Shown here: piece after piece, positions 13,501 through 27,500 of the stretch
Layout: the number at the start of each line of letters is the position of its first letter
Position numbering within the stretch: the stretch's first letter is position 1
NCBI GenBank assembly: GCA_950097015.1
Contig: CATNEN010000034.1
Location: forward strand, 5,456,001 to 5,520,000
Direction: 5' to 3'
Source: Macrostomum hystrix
Lineage: Eukaryota; Animalia; Platyhelminthes
Length of the DNA stretch: 64,000 nucleotides
The notes under the pieces: model-generated
The model's database searches: none
Told to the model about the DNA's origin: nothing
The model's input: the letters and a program-made list of their open reading frames with translations, nothing else
Position numbers and translations under genes: made by a program

Positions 13501-16500
13501 GAGAGATAGGAGAAGGGGAGAAAGAGGGATAGGAGAAGGGGAGAAAGAGGATAGGAGAAGGGGAGAAAGATGGATAGGAGAAGGGGAGAAAGATGGATAG
13601 GAGAAGGGGAGAAAGATGGATAGGAGAAGGTAGAAATGAGGCACAAACGGAAATCGAGGGTTTAGTGGAAAGTTAAAAAGGAAAATGAATGATAGTCATA
13701 GTCAGGAGTGATATTCATACGAACACAGATCCATGCGCCTATAGCTGGTAAACCAGCGATGAAGAGGCGGGGTTACAGAGAGTAGGAAGGGAGATGTAGG
13801 CAGAGGGCGCGGTCCAAGGTATGACAGCTGACAGAATCGCGTGCGATATCCCAAAAAAATTCCGCGAAACTTAAATGTGTTTTAGAAGGAATTTATGCAT
13901 GTCAGGGCTAGAAATGAGGCAGGCAGGGCTTAGGGGAACATTTAATCTGGGATCAGAGGTTGGGGTTGTGCGGGGAAGGACGTTTGCAGGGCGAGGGAAA
14001 ACCATATCAAAGTAAATTTTCGTAAAATTTTACACTCGGTTGCAGCCCTACCTGACTCTGAATCTGGTTAATTAGGACTCGCATCTCCGTGTCGCGCTTT
14101 GTCTCATTAACGTAGGTGGCCACATCGCACATGGCATCGTGAGCCGACTTCAGCAGGTCTTTGTCTTTGCCGCCCTCCTTCCTATCGTAATCCATGAGGC
14201 TCTTTACAAGCAGGTGGTATCTGTGGGTCAGTTGAAATTCAGCACAATCATCTCTGTTCTCAAATGTCCTTGGGATCACATTTTCAAAATATCCCTGGGA
14301 ATATCTTTGGGAAGTCTGTTCTCAAATATCTTTGGGAAGTCTGTTCTCAAATATCTTTGGGATGTCTGTTATTAAAATATCCTTAAAATCTAAGTCTATT
14401 CTCAAAATATCCCAGAGATCTCTGTTCTCAAATATCTTCGATGGATGCCTTTTCTCAAATATCTTTGGGATGTCTGTTTTCAAATATCTTTGGGATGTCT
14501 GTTCTCAAATATCTTTGGGATGTCTGTTTTCAAATATCTTTGGGATGTCTGTTCTCAAATATATTTTCTTTGGGATCTCTGTTCTCAAATATCTTCGATG
14601 GATGCCTTTTCTCAAATATCTTTGGGATGTCTGTTTTCAAATATCTTTGGGATGTCTTTTCGCAAATATCTTTGGGATGTCTGTTTTCAAATATCTTTGG
14701 GATGTCTGTTCTCAAATATCTTTGGGATGTCTGTTCTCAAATATCTTTGGGATGTCTGTTCTCAAATATCTTTGGGATGTCTGTTCTTAAATATCTTTGG
14801 GATGTCTGTTCTCAAATATCTTCGATGGATGCCTTTTCTCAAATATCTTTGGGATGTCTGTTTTCAAATATATTTGGGATGTCTGTTCTCAAATATCTTT
14901 GGGATGACTGTTTTCAAATATCTTTGGGATGTCTGTTCTCAAATATCTTTGGGATGTCTGTTCTCAAATATCTTTGGGATGTCTGTTCTCAAATATCTTT
15001 GGGATGTCTGTTTTCAAATATCTTTGGGATGTCTGTTCTCAAATATCTTTGGGATGTCTGTTCTCAAATATCTTTGGGATGTCTGTTTTCAAATATCTTT
15101 GGGAAGTCTGTTCTCAAATATCTTTGGGATTTCTGTCATTAAAATATCCTTAAAATCTAAGTCTATTCTCAAAATATCCCAGAGATCTCTGTTCTCAAAA
15201 GATTGCAAAAATGCATAATTCTTGAACGATCTCGAGCAGCGCAGACCTCAGCACCCGCTGCATAGGCACAGCCAGGTATTCGCTGAGTTTGAACTGGCCT
15301 TTAGCCGCTGCGAGGTGGCGCTGAACTTCTTCCTGACGCCTCTTATCCGATCTGCAGGCGTCCTCCAGCAGTGAGATGGCCTCGGTCATGTGGGCGCAAT
15401 AGGAGCCGTACAGCAGCAGCTGGTCGTGATAGCCAATCAGAACGGTCGGCAGCGGCTTGGCACCGCGCAGCTGGGTGGCGACTTCCAGTTCGCGAAGCAG
15501 CTTCCGGTGCAAGCTGAGCAGCTCTGGCAGGTGCTCAAAGATAACGTCAACTTCTACCGGAGTCCACGACGACTGCGGTTCCTGGGTGGATTAGGATTGG
15601 GATCTTAGCTGGATTTTAGTTTTTGTAAGTAGGATTTGAGGATAGGGATTCACACAGGATTTGTGTTTTGTGAGTGGGATTTGAGGATTGGGATTCACAC
15701 AGGATTTGTGTTTTGTGAGTGGGATTTGAGGATTGGGATTCACACAGGATTTGTGTTTTGTGAGTGGGATTTGAGGATTGGGATTCACACAGGATTTGTG
15801 TTTTGTGAGTGGGATTTGAGGATTGGGATTCACACAGGATTTGTGTTTTGTGAGTGGGATTTGAGGATTGGGATTCACACAGGATTTGTGTTTTGTGAGT
15901 GGGATTTGAGGATTGGGATTCACACAGGATTTGTGTGTTATAGGTGGGATTTTAGGATTGGGATTTCAGCAGAATTTGTGTCTTATAGGTGGGATTCTAA
16001 ACTATCAACAGTTATGCGAAAAAAAGCGAAAACTAATTAAAGCTTGCAGCAGCACTAGCCTTGGGTGTAGCTCGTTGGCCTAGCGGCAATGTTAATCCTC
16101 CTAAAGTGCTTGCTCGCATGCTTAATTAGCTTGAAAAATGCCTGATTAATCCCTCATTTGATATTCTGAGTCGTTGAGTAAAATCTTGGCTTGCATTTTC
16201 TGTAGGAAGTCTCCATTTTTTATTGTCTATGGCCACAGATCCTAAAAGCAACATGGAACTGGGCGAGGCAAAGCTGATGTTTGTGTTATAATACACATTT
16301 AGGTTGCTAGGCAACTAAACTGGTCGATTTTCGCGTGGTTTCGAATAGTTAGACTATAATTCAGATAATTGCATTATGCACAGCTAATCGGGTTACTATT
16401 TGAATATTCTTTCTAACTAACTAATTTGCTTAGACTAGAGAAAAAAGTTGATTAAAACAAATTTGAAATCCCATCCAGGTGATTCTGTGTACACAGTCAC

Positions 16501-17882
16501 ACAATTCTACTCGTAGGCTACTGCTTAAACAATTTCCTCTAGCTATAGCTAACCATACTAGAGCTTGGTAGAGTTACTCAAACACACAGAGGGAAAATTG
16601 TAGTTCGTCAAGTTTAGTAATGATGAAATAAATTTCCTAGAAACGAAGAGTACACGCGTCAGAAGCAACTCACCTTCATCGGGCGCATAACATCTTCAAC
16701 AAGCAGTTTCAGAGTCTCAACGTAGGTCTTCTCCGTAGTGACTAGCTCCTCCATGCAGATCTCTTTGGCGGACCTTTTAGCATTGGCATCCCTGCTAGCT
16801 TGGCCATGGGTTCGATTCATGATGCTCTCGTACACTCGCTCGGCTGCAGCATCGACATAGTGGGCGGTCTCCGGAGCTGGAACCGACAGGAGTGCCGGTT
16901 GCTGCTGCTGCTGCTGCTGCTCTTGACTCTTCTTAGCAGTAGCTGTAGCCATCAGGTTACAATAATCCGACGAGAAATCTTCGCTAGCACTGGCCTCTCC
17001 GTTGCTAGTGGCAACAGTGAAGCCGGCTATGCCGCTCTGCTTAGCCCTGGGACTATTGGAGAGCAGAGACAAGGTGCGAAAAATGCGGCCGACATTCTCC
17101 TGGCTGAGCAGATCGTCCGGCGCGAACAGGTCGCTTGACGATAGGCCAAACTCTGTCTGGCAGGCTGACAGGAACAAGGACAAGTTTTGGCGGAAGGCGA
17201 ATTGCGAATTCAGCGTGGCCATTTTGAAGCCCGGCAACTGATCTGGCGTGACCTGGCAATTTCAATTCGGATGAATCTTTGCAGGTTTGTCTCAAGACTA
17301 GCACAAGCAATTACCATGAGGTGGTGGCTGTGTTGGGGTGGTGGCTGTGTTGGGGTGGTGGCTGTGTTGGGGTGGTGGCTGTGTTGGGGTGGTGGCTGTG
17401 TTGGGGTGGTGGCTGTGTTGGGGTGGTGGCTGTGTTGGGGCGGAGGCTGTGTTGGGGTGGTGGCTGTGTTGGGGTGGTGGCTGTGTTTGGGTGGTGGGTG
17501 TGTTGGGGTGGTGGCTGTGTTGGGGTGGAGGCTGTGTTGGGGTGGAGGCTGTGTTGGGGTGGAGGCTGTGTTGGGGTGGAGGATGTTTTGGAGTGGCAGC
17601 TGTGTTTGGGTGGTGGCTGTGTTGGGGTGGTGGCTGTGTTGGGGTGGTGGCTGTGCTAACCTGCTGGCAGCTGAGTGCGGGCAGGATGTGGCACAGCAGC
17701 ACGCCATCAGTGAGGCAGTTCAGCAAGTCAACAACAGTAGCGCCCGGCGTGTCGATGAGCACAGACTGCGCCTGAGCCAGAATGTCCGGGCTGGTGGACA
17801 GACAGCGGAGCAGCCAGTCGGCACACATGCGCCACTCTGCATCAGCGCCGCCGTGTTTATTATTAGCCAATAGCGACGCCAT
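7536..17882 (-). CDS. VAV: Vav-family Rho/Rac guanine nucleotide exchange factor (CH-acidic-DH-PH-C1-SH2-SH3); 7 exons, ~902 aa
   Basis: Exons (minus) 17882-17661, 17237-16674, 15581-15247, 14220-14052, 10439-9800, 9064-8605, 7854-7536; total 2709 nt, phases match. CH domain (EWRMCADWL...LTDGVLLC, QFAFRQNLSLFL), DH (ELVTTEKTYV, YLAVPMQRVLRYHLL), PH (DYGRL...FLWTRMFML), C1 (CTVCNKLIHGCFFQGYKCRKSGHTVHKQC), SH2 (GTFLVRES, SNSLRECFSELD), C-terminal SH3 (GLFPADSV). Confidence 0.95.
7897..8586. repeat. Minisatellite, 46-bp unit, ~15 copies (Vav intron 6)
   Basis: GGATGGTTATCTGTCACACAATGAGCTCACACAGCAGGCAGTGGAT in tandem. Confidence 0.95.
9190..9780. repeat. Minisatellite, ~49-bp unit, ~12 copies (Vav intron 5)
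   Basis: GCAGGGCTGCCTGTTCCATGTGGGTTAGACATGCAGGGATGGTTCAGGGTT in tandem. Confidence 0.95.
10486..11855. repeat. Minisatellite, 25-bp unit, ~54 copies (Vav intron 4)
   Basis: GATACGATTCTA(A/G)CTACGGG(A/T)TCCT with period 25. Confidence 0.97.
13110..13630. repeat. Degenerate purine-rich tandem repeat (~21-23-bp units) in Vav intron 4
   Basis: GGAGATGGGGAGAAAGAGGCAGA units grading into GGATAGGAGAAGGGGAGAAAGA units. Confidence 0.85.
14255..15200. repeat. Minisatellite, 25-bp unit, ~35 copies, with higher-order duplications (Vav intron 3)
   Basis: CAAATATCTTTGGGATGTCTGTT(C/T)T in tandem; a ~60-bp variant block recurs at ~14371 and ~15139. Confidence 0.95.
15600..15990. repeat. Minisatellite, 45-bp unit, ~8 copies (Vav intron 2)
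   Basis: GGGATTTGAGGATTGGGATTCACACAGGATTTGTGTTTTGTGAGT in tandem. Confidence 0.95.
17317..17656. repeat. G-rich minisatellite, 17-bp unit, ~20 copies (Vav intron 1)
   Basis: GGTGGCTGTGTTGGGGT in tandem, starting a few nt inside the exon 1 donor. Confidence 0.95.
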
Positions 17883-20159
17883 TCATTGATGTTTCGAAAA
17901 TAGCTAAACCAACCCTGTGCTGGCTTGCCGTAGATAGCTAAACACGAGCTGCAATGCCGCGAAAAAATGTTTGGTTTTAGCAGAAAATTCGTTTTATCCA
18001 TCAATTAATTTTCCTAATCTTCACCTAAGGACACCTGTTCTAAAGCCCTATTTTAACCAACTTGATGTGATTTATGATTGATCGCGTAAGCATTCCTACC
18101 CCGTCGAAACACCCACCTCACACCCTAGCTAATGTGATACGATTTCTGATTGGCCGGGTAAGTATTCCCACCCCTTCGGGGACACCCACCCCACGCCACC
18201 TGGTGCTCATGGGCTAAATTTAGTTTCCCACGCTTTTTAATTGTTTACCTGACGATGTGAATATATATTTGTTGATTGTCGGCTGTTCGCTAATTTATTG
18301 CAGAGGTTTGGCTAATTTAATTTATTTGCCTAATGTGCTAGCAGTTTGGGCAAATAACTGACACCTAATACACTTTTGGTCTTTCAATCAAGGACAGGTA
18401 AATGGGGCTATATTTTTTATGTTACAGGCAACATTTAGGTCGTGTACTAGTCGATACTCATTGGATATTTCTCGCTTGCTCTATACATAATCTATTGGTA
18501 TTATTCTATTATATGGATTTCTAAAGTAATTAGCTATCATAATAAGTAATTTTCTGCTCTAGCCCTTTGTATTTATTGAATGGCTAAGATATTGCAGGAA
18601 TAAATACACTTTTGCAATAATCAATTCGAATTAATTATCTAAAAGTTAAACAGCCTTCAAACACTAAGAGCTAGATATTTGATTGGCATTTAGCTAAGAT
18701 TTTTTAATTTAAGAGACTTACTTAAAATATGCTGACCTTAACCGACCGCTGCTAAAAATATTCAGAGAGAGAGAGAGCTGGAGGGAAGCAAAATAAGTTG
18801 AAGCGGAAAAACACTGGATAGCTAAGCAATGGTGATCGGTTATCAACAGTGAAATAGCGGGCATGAGAGGGAGGAGGAGGGGGAGAATGCGGAAGACGAG
18901 TTGCTAGAACCGATAGGCAGGGGGCATTGGACGAAACTGGACAGGGTGGGTGAGATGGGACGGAATGGGCAGAGGAAAATAATCCTACCCGCATGCCATT
19001 GAATATGATTATTGATCTATCTAATGCTAGAAATATTTAACCACGAAGCAGGTGTCGCAATGATTTTTTAAAATTCATTCTTTATATTGATTTGTTCTAG
19101 GAGAAAGTAAAAAGTGACTGGATTTAGAGTTGAAACAGAAACAAAAAACTGGCAGAGCTAATGAAAGCATTAGCCCGAGACGGGAAACAAGAAAACTTTG
19201 GTCGCACCCAGTTGCATCCGGTTAAAGCACCGTGGGGGAAGTCGATTCTTAAATCCTGAACAAAAAAGGTGAAATAGCATCAGCAGCAGCAGCAGCCAGT
19301 AGACTTGGCTTGAAGCATCGAAAGGGAGAGGGAGAGAGAGAAAGAGGAGGGAACAGGAACAAGCCGTGTGTAGGTGTGCAATAACAGACCCTTAAAACAC
19401 TAATGACGGTCCATGCAGAGAATCGGGTAGAGGTAGAGGTGGAGAGTTAGGGGTAGATAATTCATGCGCTTTACCAAGGCCAGCACATAAAAACACAGAA
19501 TACGGTGAGTGAAGCGGAAGCGACTGCCGCAGTTCCATCCGTACCACATTTCATGCCATAATAAGCCTTAGACCACTAATTCCCTTATCTAATTTCTCTC
19601 TGGCATGGGGCAGTTGGTAAGCACACAGTATTGGCTTATATGCACAACATTTAGATTCATACACGGAACGATAATAATAAGAGCATTAGCAGAATTATCA
19701 AGTAAAAATATAAATAGCCAACCCATTCTGTACCTGCCTTATCTATTCATTAATATAGCCTTTAAAGTACAAAGTCATCAGTTATAAAAAATTAACGAAA
19801 TAAGAACACAATTGAAGAACAGGTTGGGGAAGAACAGCTAATATGAAAAAACGAAAAATTTATATTTCGATTGTTTGCTTTCTTAACAATTTGAGAGAAA
19901 CTGTCAGCTTGCAACTGGATAAACAAAACATTCACAGCATTATCGATGCTATACTGATAGAGCAAACTAACAACAGCTGGAGTGAAGAAACATTGTTTTT
20001 TTATGAACCGAGATTTACTTATGGCGCAACCAATTCATAAAAAAAGGAACTGAAGTTAAGCTTGTATTATTTCTCATCAATAAGCAGACAAAATGATTAA
20101 GTGTCGCTCAGAAAATTTATAGTGTAAAATAATATTACATTTGATTTCACTTGCTTCAT

Positions 20160-20920
20160 AATTTAATAATCCTCGCCTGATCAGTTGATAGTTTGATAAT
20201 CCTCGCCTGATCAGGTGATAGTTTGATAATCCTCGCCTGATCAGGTGATAGTTTGATAATCCTCGCCTGATCAGTTGATAGTTTGAAAATCCCCACCTGA
20301 TTAGTTGATAGTTTGATAATCCCCACCTGAACAGTTGATAATTTGATAATCCTCGCCTGATCAGGTGATAGTTTGATAATCCCCGCCTGGTTTGATAGTT
20401 TGATAATCCTCGCCTGATCAGGTGATAGTTTGATAATCCTCGCCTGATCAGTTGATAGTTTGATAATCCCCGCCTGGTCAGTTGATAGTTTGATAATCCT
20501 CGCCTGATCAGTTGATAGTTTGATAATCCCCGCCTGGTCAGTTGATAGTTTGATAATCCTCGCCTGATCAGGTGATAGTTTGATAATCCTCGCCTGATCA
20601 GGTGATTGTTTGACAATCCCCACCTGATCAGTTGATAGTTTGATAATCCTCGCCTGATCAGTTGATAGTTTGATAATCCTCGCCTGATCAGTTGATAGTT
20701 TGATAATCCTCGCCTGGTCAGTTGATAGTTTGATAATCCTCGCCTGATCAGTTGATAGTTTGATAATCCCCGCCTGGTCAGTTGATAGTTTGATAATCCT
20801 CGCCTGATCAGTTGATAGTTTGATAATCCCCGCCTGGTCAGTTGATAGTTTGATAATCCTCGCCTGATCAGGTGATAGTTTGATAATCCTCGCCTGATCA
20901 GGTGATAGTTTGATAATCAG
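20160..20920. repeat. Minisatellite, 30-bp unit, ~25 copies (intergenic)
   Basis: TGATAATCCTCGCCTGATCAG(G/T)TGATAGTT in tandem. Confidence 0.95.
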
Positions 20921-21582
20921 ACAGTTTTAGCACAAACGGATGAAAGCATGGTGTGCATGCGTGTGAGGTGGAGAGAAAGGTATACGCTCGTATAAGCACA
21001 TAAGTACACTAGCTTGGTTAGGAATACTACACAAACATTAGTTAGTTGAATTATTAGTTTAAATTATAATCGCTTGGCAGCAATGCGCCTAGAAATGATA
21101 GTTAAAGCAGAAGTATTAAGGACACAAAATACGAGTAAAGTATGCTAAATATGTTCCCTAATTGTCCACAAATTTTATGAAAATCACAAATTCAAAAGTG
21201 AGCGAAATCTTGCAAAGATCAGATAGGCTAAAAACTGTCAGAACGATAAACCGGTTGAAACTGATGTCTAAACAGAAAGCTGTTGTTACACACGAATTAG
21301 CTACGGAATGAAATACAACAACTGCACTAATCCTATTTTTTAGGCGGATGAAAGTTAGTTTGTAACGCCACTAGCTTACAGTCCGAGATAAAGTAAGAGA
21401 GCCCCAGTGTAAACTACCAGAGGATTGATCAGGAGAGTGACGGGTCACTACCTGAGGATTAATGGGGTAGAAGTAAAGCTAGCGGCAGAAAAAAACTAAA
21501 GAATAAAGAAAAATAAACTTTGAGTTGAACATAAAAGAGTCACAGAGGCCCCATGCTACAGCAGCCAGCCTGGCACAGACAA

Positions 21583-24500
21583 TCAGCAGTTAGCTGGCAT
21601 GTAGATCGGATTGTGAAATGAGGTCCCGCCGAGGCCGCCGCGCGGAGTCAAGCCAGTCGTAGCGTCCAGATTCAGCTGCGGCCGGTAGCCGGAAGCCCAG
21701 CGACTGCGCGACCACAGACGGAAGCCGATGACGGCGAGGCCGGCTAGAGCGGCGGCGCTGCACAGGGCTAGCACGACGGCCAACGCCACGGAGACAGAGG
21801 AGTAAGCGGCCGAGGCCGAAGATGTCGGGCAAGTCGGAATTCGGCAGTCGACAATTTGCAGCTGGTGTCCCAGTGTTCCAGAAGCGAAGCAAACGTATTT
21901 TTTGCCGACGCCCGCGACATTGCGGCAGTAGGCGGCCGCTGATCCGACAGTCTCGTTATCCAGCTTAGCGAATGTGGCCGCAGTCAAGTTAACAGCTAAA
22001 TCAGCGGCAGCTGCAGTGGCAAAGGCTCCTCGTCCGCCAGCTGACTGGCTAATCGCCAAGGCGACGTCCCAGCGAGCGCAGACTTGACCGTCGGCGCCAG
22101 TCGATACAAGTTTCCGATCACGATTACAGTTGGCATCGGCTTCGTCGAGCGCCGTCGTCGTAGTGGTTTTCAACTGACTGGGGAGCTGAGCTGGCAGCTT
22201 GCAGACATAGGGAAGCAGGTCGGTGCATGCCTTTGCCGCCAGGAGGCCCCAGCCGATGCTCAAGGCGAAGCACTCGGAGGAGTCGCTGGCTAAATTCAGC
22301 CGACCGAGAGCCGATGCCGGGTAGAGAAGGTCGGAGCGGACGGGCCGGTTGGAAGATCGCCAGGTCCAGGAGCAGTCGGCTGAACGACAGCTGACAGGGC
22401 TGCGCTGAAGGCCAAGCCAGACGGAGGCATTGGCAGTGTCGGATGATTGCAGCGGTATGAGAGCGGACCGGAGGTAGTGCAACTCGGCTGCGGCCTCACC
22501 GGAGTCGGCTAGCTCAAGCAGGACAGCGCTTTTATTGCGGCACGCAATGGACGCGTCGGCATAGTTGGCGGCAGCTACGCTAGTGTAGTAGCAGTTGGCA
22601 TTGAATATTACGAAGCCTGGCGGACAGCCGACACTGGCGGCTACGGCGCCTGAGCTCTGATTTCCTTTTAGGCGACAGAGCGGAGGGAGATGGGTAGAGC
22701 ACGGACTGGTGCTCAGGTGACCGGACAGCCACCAGTAGGGACTGCTGCTCAGACGAACGCAGTCAAATCTCTGTACGAATGAGTTAGATCCGGATCGGGT
22801 TTGCTAAAAGCTAACAGGATTTGGCTATGAATGTCAGAAGGAAATGCGGCTAGTTACTAGGACCATTGGGAAGGAGAAGGAAGAGGCCAGTTTCAAGGAC
22901 CATTGGGTAGGAGTAGGAAGAGGCCAGTTTTAAGGAACATTGGGAAGGAGTAGGAAGAGGCCAGTTTCAAGGACCATTGGGAAGGAGTAGGAAGAGGCCA
23001 GTTTCAAGGACCATTGGGTAGGAGTAGGAAGAGGCCAGTTTCAAGGACCATTGGGTAGGAGTAGGAAGAGGCCAGTTTCAAGGACCATTGGGTAGGAGAA
23101 GGAAGAGGCCAGTTTCAAGGACCATTGGGAAGGAGTAGGAAGAGACCAGTTTCAAGGACCATTGGGAAGGAGTAGGAAGAGACCAGTTTCAAGGACCATT
23201 GGGTAGGAGTAGGAAGAGGCCAGTTTCAAGGACCATTGGGTAGGAGTAGGAAGAGGCCAGTTTCAAGGACCATTGGGTAGGAGAAGGAAGAGGCCAGTTT
23301 CAAGGACCATTGGGTAGGAGAAGGAAGAGGCCAGTTTCAAGGACCATTGGGAAGGAGAAGGAAGAGGCCAGTTTCAAGGACCATTGGGTAGGAGTAGGAA
23401 GAGGCCAGTTTCAAGGACCATTGGGTAGGAGAAGGAAGAGGCCAGTTTCAAGGACCATTGGGTAGGAGAAGGAAGAGGCCAGTTTCAAGGACCATTGGGT
23501 AGGAGAAGGAAGAGGCCAGTTTCAAGGACCATTGGGTAGGAGTAGGAAGAGGCCAGTTTCAAGAACCATTGGGTAGGAGTAGGAAGAGGCCAGTTTCAAG
23601 GACCATTGGGAAGGAGTAGGAAGAGGCCAGTTTCAAGGACCATTGGGAAGGAGAAGGAAGAGGCCAGTTTCAAGGACCATTGGGTAGGAGTAGGAAGAGG
23701 CCAGTTTCAAGGACCATTGGGAAGGAGTAGGAAGAGGCCAGTTTCAAGGACCATTGGGAAGGAGAAGGAAGAGGCCAGTTTCAAGGACCATTGGGTAGGA
23801 GTAGGAAGAGGCCAGTTTCAAGGACCATTGGGTAGGAGAAGGAAGAGGCCAGTTTCAAGGACCATTGGGTAGGAGTAGGAAGAGGCCAGTTTTTAAGGAC
23901 CATTGGGTAGGAGTAGGAAGAGGCCAGTTTCAAGGACCATTGGGAAGGAGTAGGAAGAGGCCAGTTTCAAGGACCATTGGGTAGGAGTAGGAAGAGGCCA
24001 GTTTCAAGGACCATTGGGAAGGAGTAGGAAGAGGCCAGTTTCAAGGACCATTGGGTAGGAGTAGGAAGAGGCCAGTTTTTAAGGACCATTGGGAAGGAGT
24101 AGGAAGAGGCCAGTTTCAAGGACCATTAGGTAGGAGTAGGAAGAGGCCAGTTTCAAGGACCATTGGGAAGGAGAAGGAAGAGGCCAGTTTCAAGGACCAT
24201 TGGAAGGAGAAGGAAGAGGCCAGTTTCAAGGACCATTGGGTAGGAGAAGGAAGAGGCCAGTTTCAAGGACCATTGGAAGGAGAAGGAAGAGGCCAGTTTC
24301 AAGGACCATTGGGTAGGAGTAGGAAGAGGCCAGTTTCAAGGACCATTGGGTAGGAGAAGGAAGAGGCCAGTTTCAAGGACCATTGGGTAGGAGTAGGAAG
24401 AGGCCAGTTTTTAAGGACCATTGGGTAGGAGTAGGAAGAGGCCAGTTTCAAGGACCATTGGGAAGGAGTAGGAAGAGGCCAGTTTCAAGGACCATTGGGT

Positions 24501-27500
24501 AGGAGTAGGAAGAGGCCAGTTTTTAAGGACCATTGGGAAGGAGTAGGAAGAGGCCAGTTTCAAGGACCATTAGGTAGGAGTAGGAAGAGGCCAGTTTCAA
24601 GGACCATTGGGTAGGAGTAGGAAGAGGCCAGTTTCAAGGACCATTGGGAAGGAGTAGGGAGATGCCAGTTGACCCTTAGGATTGGTGTAGGTAGCGCCAA
24701 ATGTTTAGGTAAGTGGCGTAGACAAATCTTATGATATGTCAACGAGTATGTCAACGAAGTCATCGAATTACATAATGATCAATAATTGCTATTTATTTAT
24801 ATAAATATAGCGAATCGGACAATTTTATTTCACTTTATGCCGCTACAGCGCGTATACAAACAAATCTCTCATTACATTAAAGTTTGTTTATGAAATCAAT
24901 TGCTTTAATTTGAATATGAAAGACGACAAAAGGTTTCCTATTTATTATATACTACTGCAACTAAGCAGACCTAAGTAGTACGAAAATTAGGCTCGTGCTA
25001 CTTAGGCGATTAGGCTAATGAGGCTAGGTATCACACATGTTTTTTGCTGCACTCAAGTCTGAAATATATAAAAAAATTAATCATAGAGTGCAACGATGTA
25101 TACATATTCATTTGTTGAACAAATTGAACAGAAAGTTGCTACTAGAAACTGGCATGAAAACATGGTACATAAGATCAGTGGTGTGGTAGATGGTATATAA
25201 CATGACAGTTGAAATAATGACGGGTGAAACAATGACAGGTGAAACTATGACAGGTGAAACTATGACAGGTGAAACTATGACAGGTGAAACTATGACAGGT
25301 GAAACTATGACAGGTGAAACTATGACAGGTGAAACTATGACAGGTGAAACTATGACAGGTGAAACCATGACAGGTGAAACTATGACAGGTGAAACTATGA
25401 CGGGTGAAACAATGACGGGTGAAACAATGACGGGTGAAACAATGACGGGTGAAACAATGACAGCTGAAACTATGACAGGTGAAACAATGACGGGTGAAAC
25501 AATGACAGGTGAAACCATGACAGGTTAAACCATGACAGGTGAAACTATGACGGGTGAAACAATGACGGGTGAAACAATGACGGGTGAAACAATGATAGGT
25601 GAAACCATGACGGGTGAAACAATGACGGGTGAAACAATGACGGGTGAAACAATGACAGGTGAAACTATGACAGGTGAAACTATCACACGTACAGAATTAT
25701 CAGTTAAAGTTGATCATGCTAAGCAGTCACCAATGTTCTAAAATCTAAAAGCAACTGATGTAAATCAGACTTACCTCAACAGCGGTAAACGTAGCCCAAT
25801 CGACGCTCTCTAATGAACTTTTATCGGACCAAATATAAGTGCCGTTATCAGCATTTTCGCTCAAGCTGAGCCCAATCCAGGCAGACGAGGCTTCGCTAAT
25901 TGACAGCAGGCTAGCCATTCGCTGCAGCTGCCGCCTAGTCTGAAAGGAAGCCAGTCTAGCTCCAGCATTGGCGCAGGCCTCTTCCGCTTTTTTAAAGGCT
26001 CCAGCACGGTCCTTCAGCAGGCGATAACACGCGGCGTCTTCTGAACTGGCAGACACCCAACCAACCGGACAGGTGTGTGTGGTTGCGGACAAAGAATTTG
26101 AAGAACTGCTAGTCTTAATGGGGATTTTGAAATTTCGAATTCTTTTGCAAAGAATCGGTAGCTGAGCATTGCAGGTCATTGTAATGAACCTGCCAGGATA
26201 CTTTGAACTGTTCCTAGCGTCCATAGAAACGCACAAAGGCCCGGCTAGGCGAACTGTTTGATCTGGCGGATTCTCCAAAGGCGCGAAGTTGACAAATCGC
26301 ATGGCGGTACCATCAGACCAGATTGAGAAGGCGTTAGCAACTGAGCTTGACTCTGTACTAGCGCCTAGCCATACCAACTCAACAAGTTTAAACTTGTATA
26401 AAAAGTTTAACGTCGCATTCAACTCAGCGAGCGAGGTAATAGAGGCTGGTTCGCTGTCGGGCAGAATAACTTGGCATTTGCTCTTGGCCTCGTGCCAAAC
26501 AGCCTCACTGGCTAAAAATGCATAGTCCACGCAGCCGCCAGGTATGGCCATAGACATGGACATATTGCCAGAAACTTCACTCAAGCTGCAGTTGCTACCA
26601 TTACTGCTGCTGGCTGTTGTCTGCGGCGACGATGTCGATGGAGCTGCGGTACTACTTGGACTAGTAGTACTAGCTGTACTAGTTTTAATAGTAGTGCTTG
26701 TAGTCGTAGTAGTAGTGGCAGTCGAAGTTTTAGTGGACGTAGTCGAAAGCACTCCAGGCACCTGGCATATGAAGGAATGCTTCTCTGTGCACACTTCCGT
26801 TGTCCATTCGCCGTATTTTTGCTTCATCAAAACGCACATTTTTTCAGTTTCAGACATGTTAAGCGGCAGCTTTGGATTGTTGTGACGGAACTGAAAGAAC
26901 TGTGCGCTAGTACTATCCGACCAGGATAAATGCTGCTGCAATTCGCTGTTCCGCACCGTCAGACCGATCCAAGCGCTGTCCGCTGATTTCAACAACTCAG
27001 CTAAGTACAGCAGCTCCTGTCTACTGTGAATACTGGCTAGGCTGCCATTTCCGTGCAGCTTCTGACAGCCGGTTAGGGCTTCCTCCCAGTCAGCATTAGC
27101 AGACACAAATTTGAAGCACTTTCCATTGATAGCGGGCGTGTTAGCATCTGGACAGAACAACTCTTGACTTTTATTGGGCGACATAGGGTGCTCCACAAGG
27201 GTGTAGCGGCAGGCCATCATTGGATTTGTGTCATAGCACAGCCTGGCCTCTAAACTGTTGGACTTGAGCACTAGCGAGGTGCATAGTTGGCCAGCATCAT
27301 CAGCAGCATCCTGGAATTATGTGAATGTAAGAACATTAGACCACAAATAAGCTTTGTTTCTGTCTTCAAATACGATGATTCGTCACCCCAGCTAAGTTGC
27401 ATGTTTTATATCTAGCACACTATCAAAATCTTTCTATTTTCTGGCCACGAGAGCTCGCGACCTTGGAACACGTGTTCATTTAATGATCGAATAAGACTGT

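Noticed and set aside
25108-25741. Repetitive proteins from ORF track (MTGET and VSPVI pentapeptide repeats)
   Set aside because: These are stop-free translations of a 15-bp intronic minisatellite with no splice or domain support.
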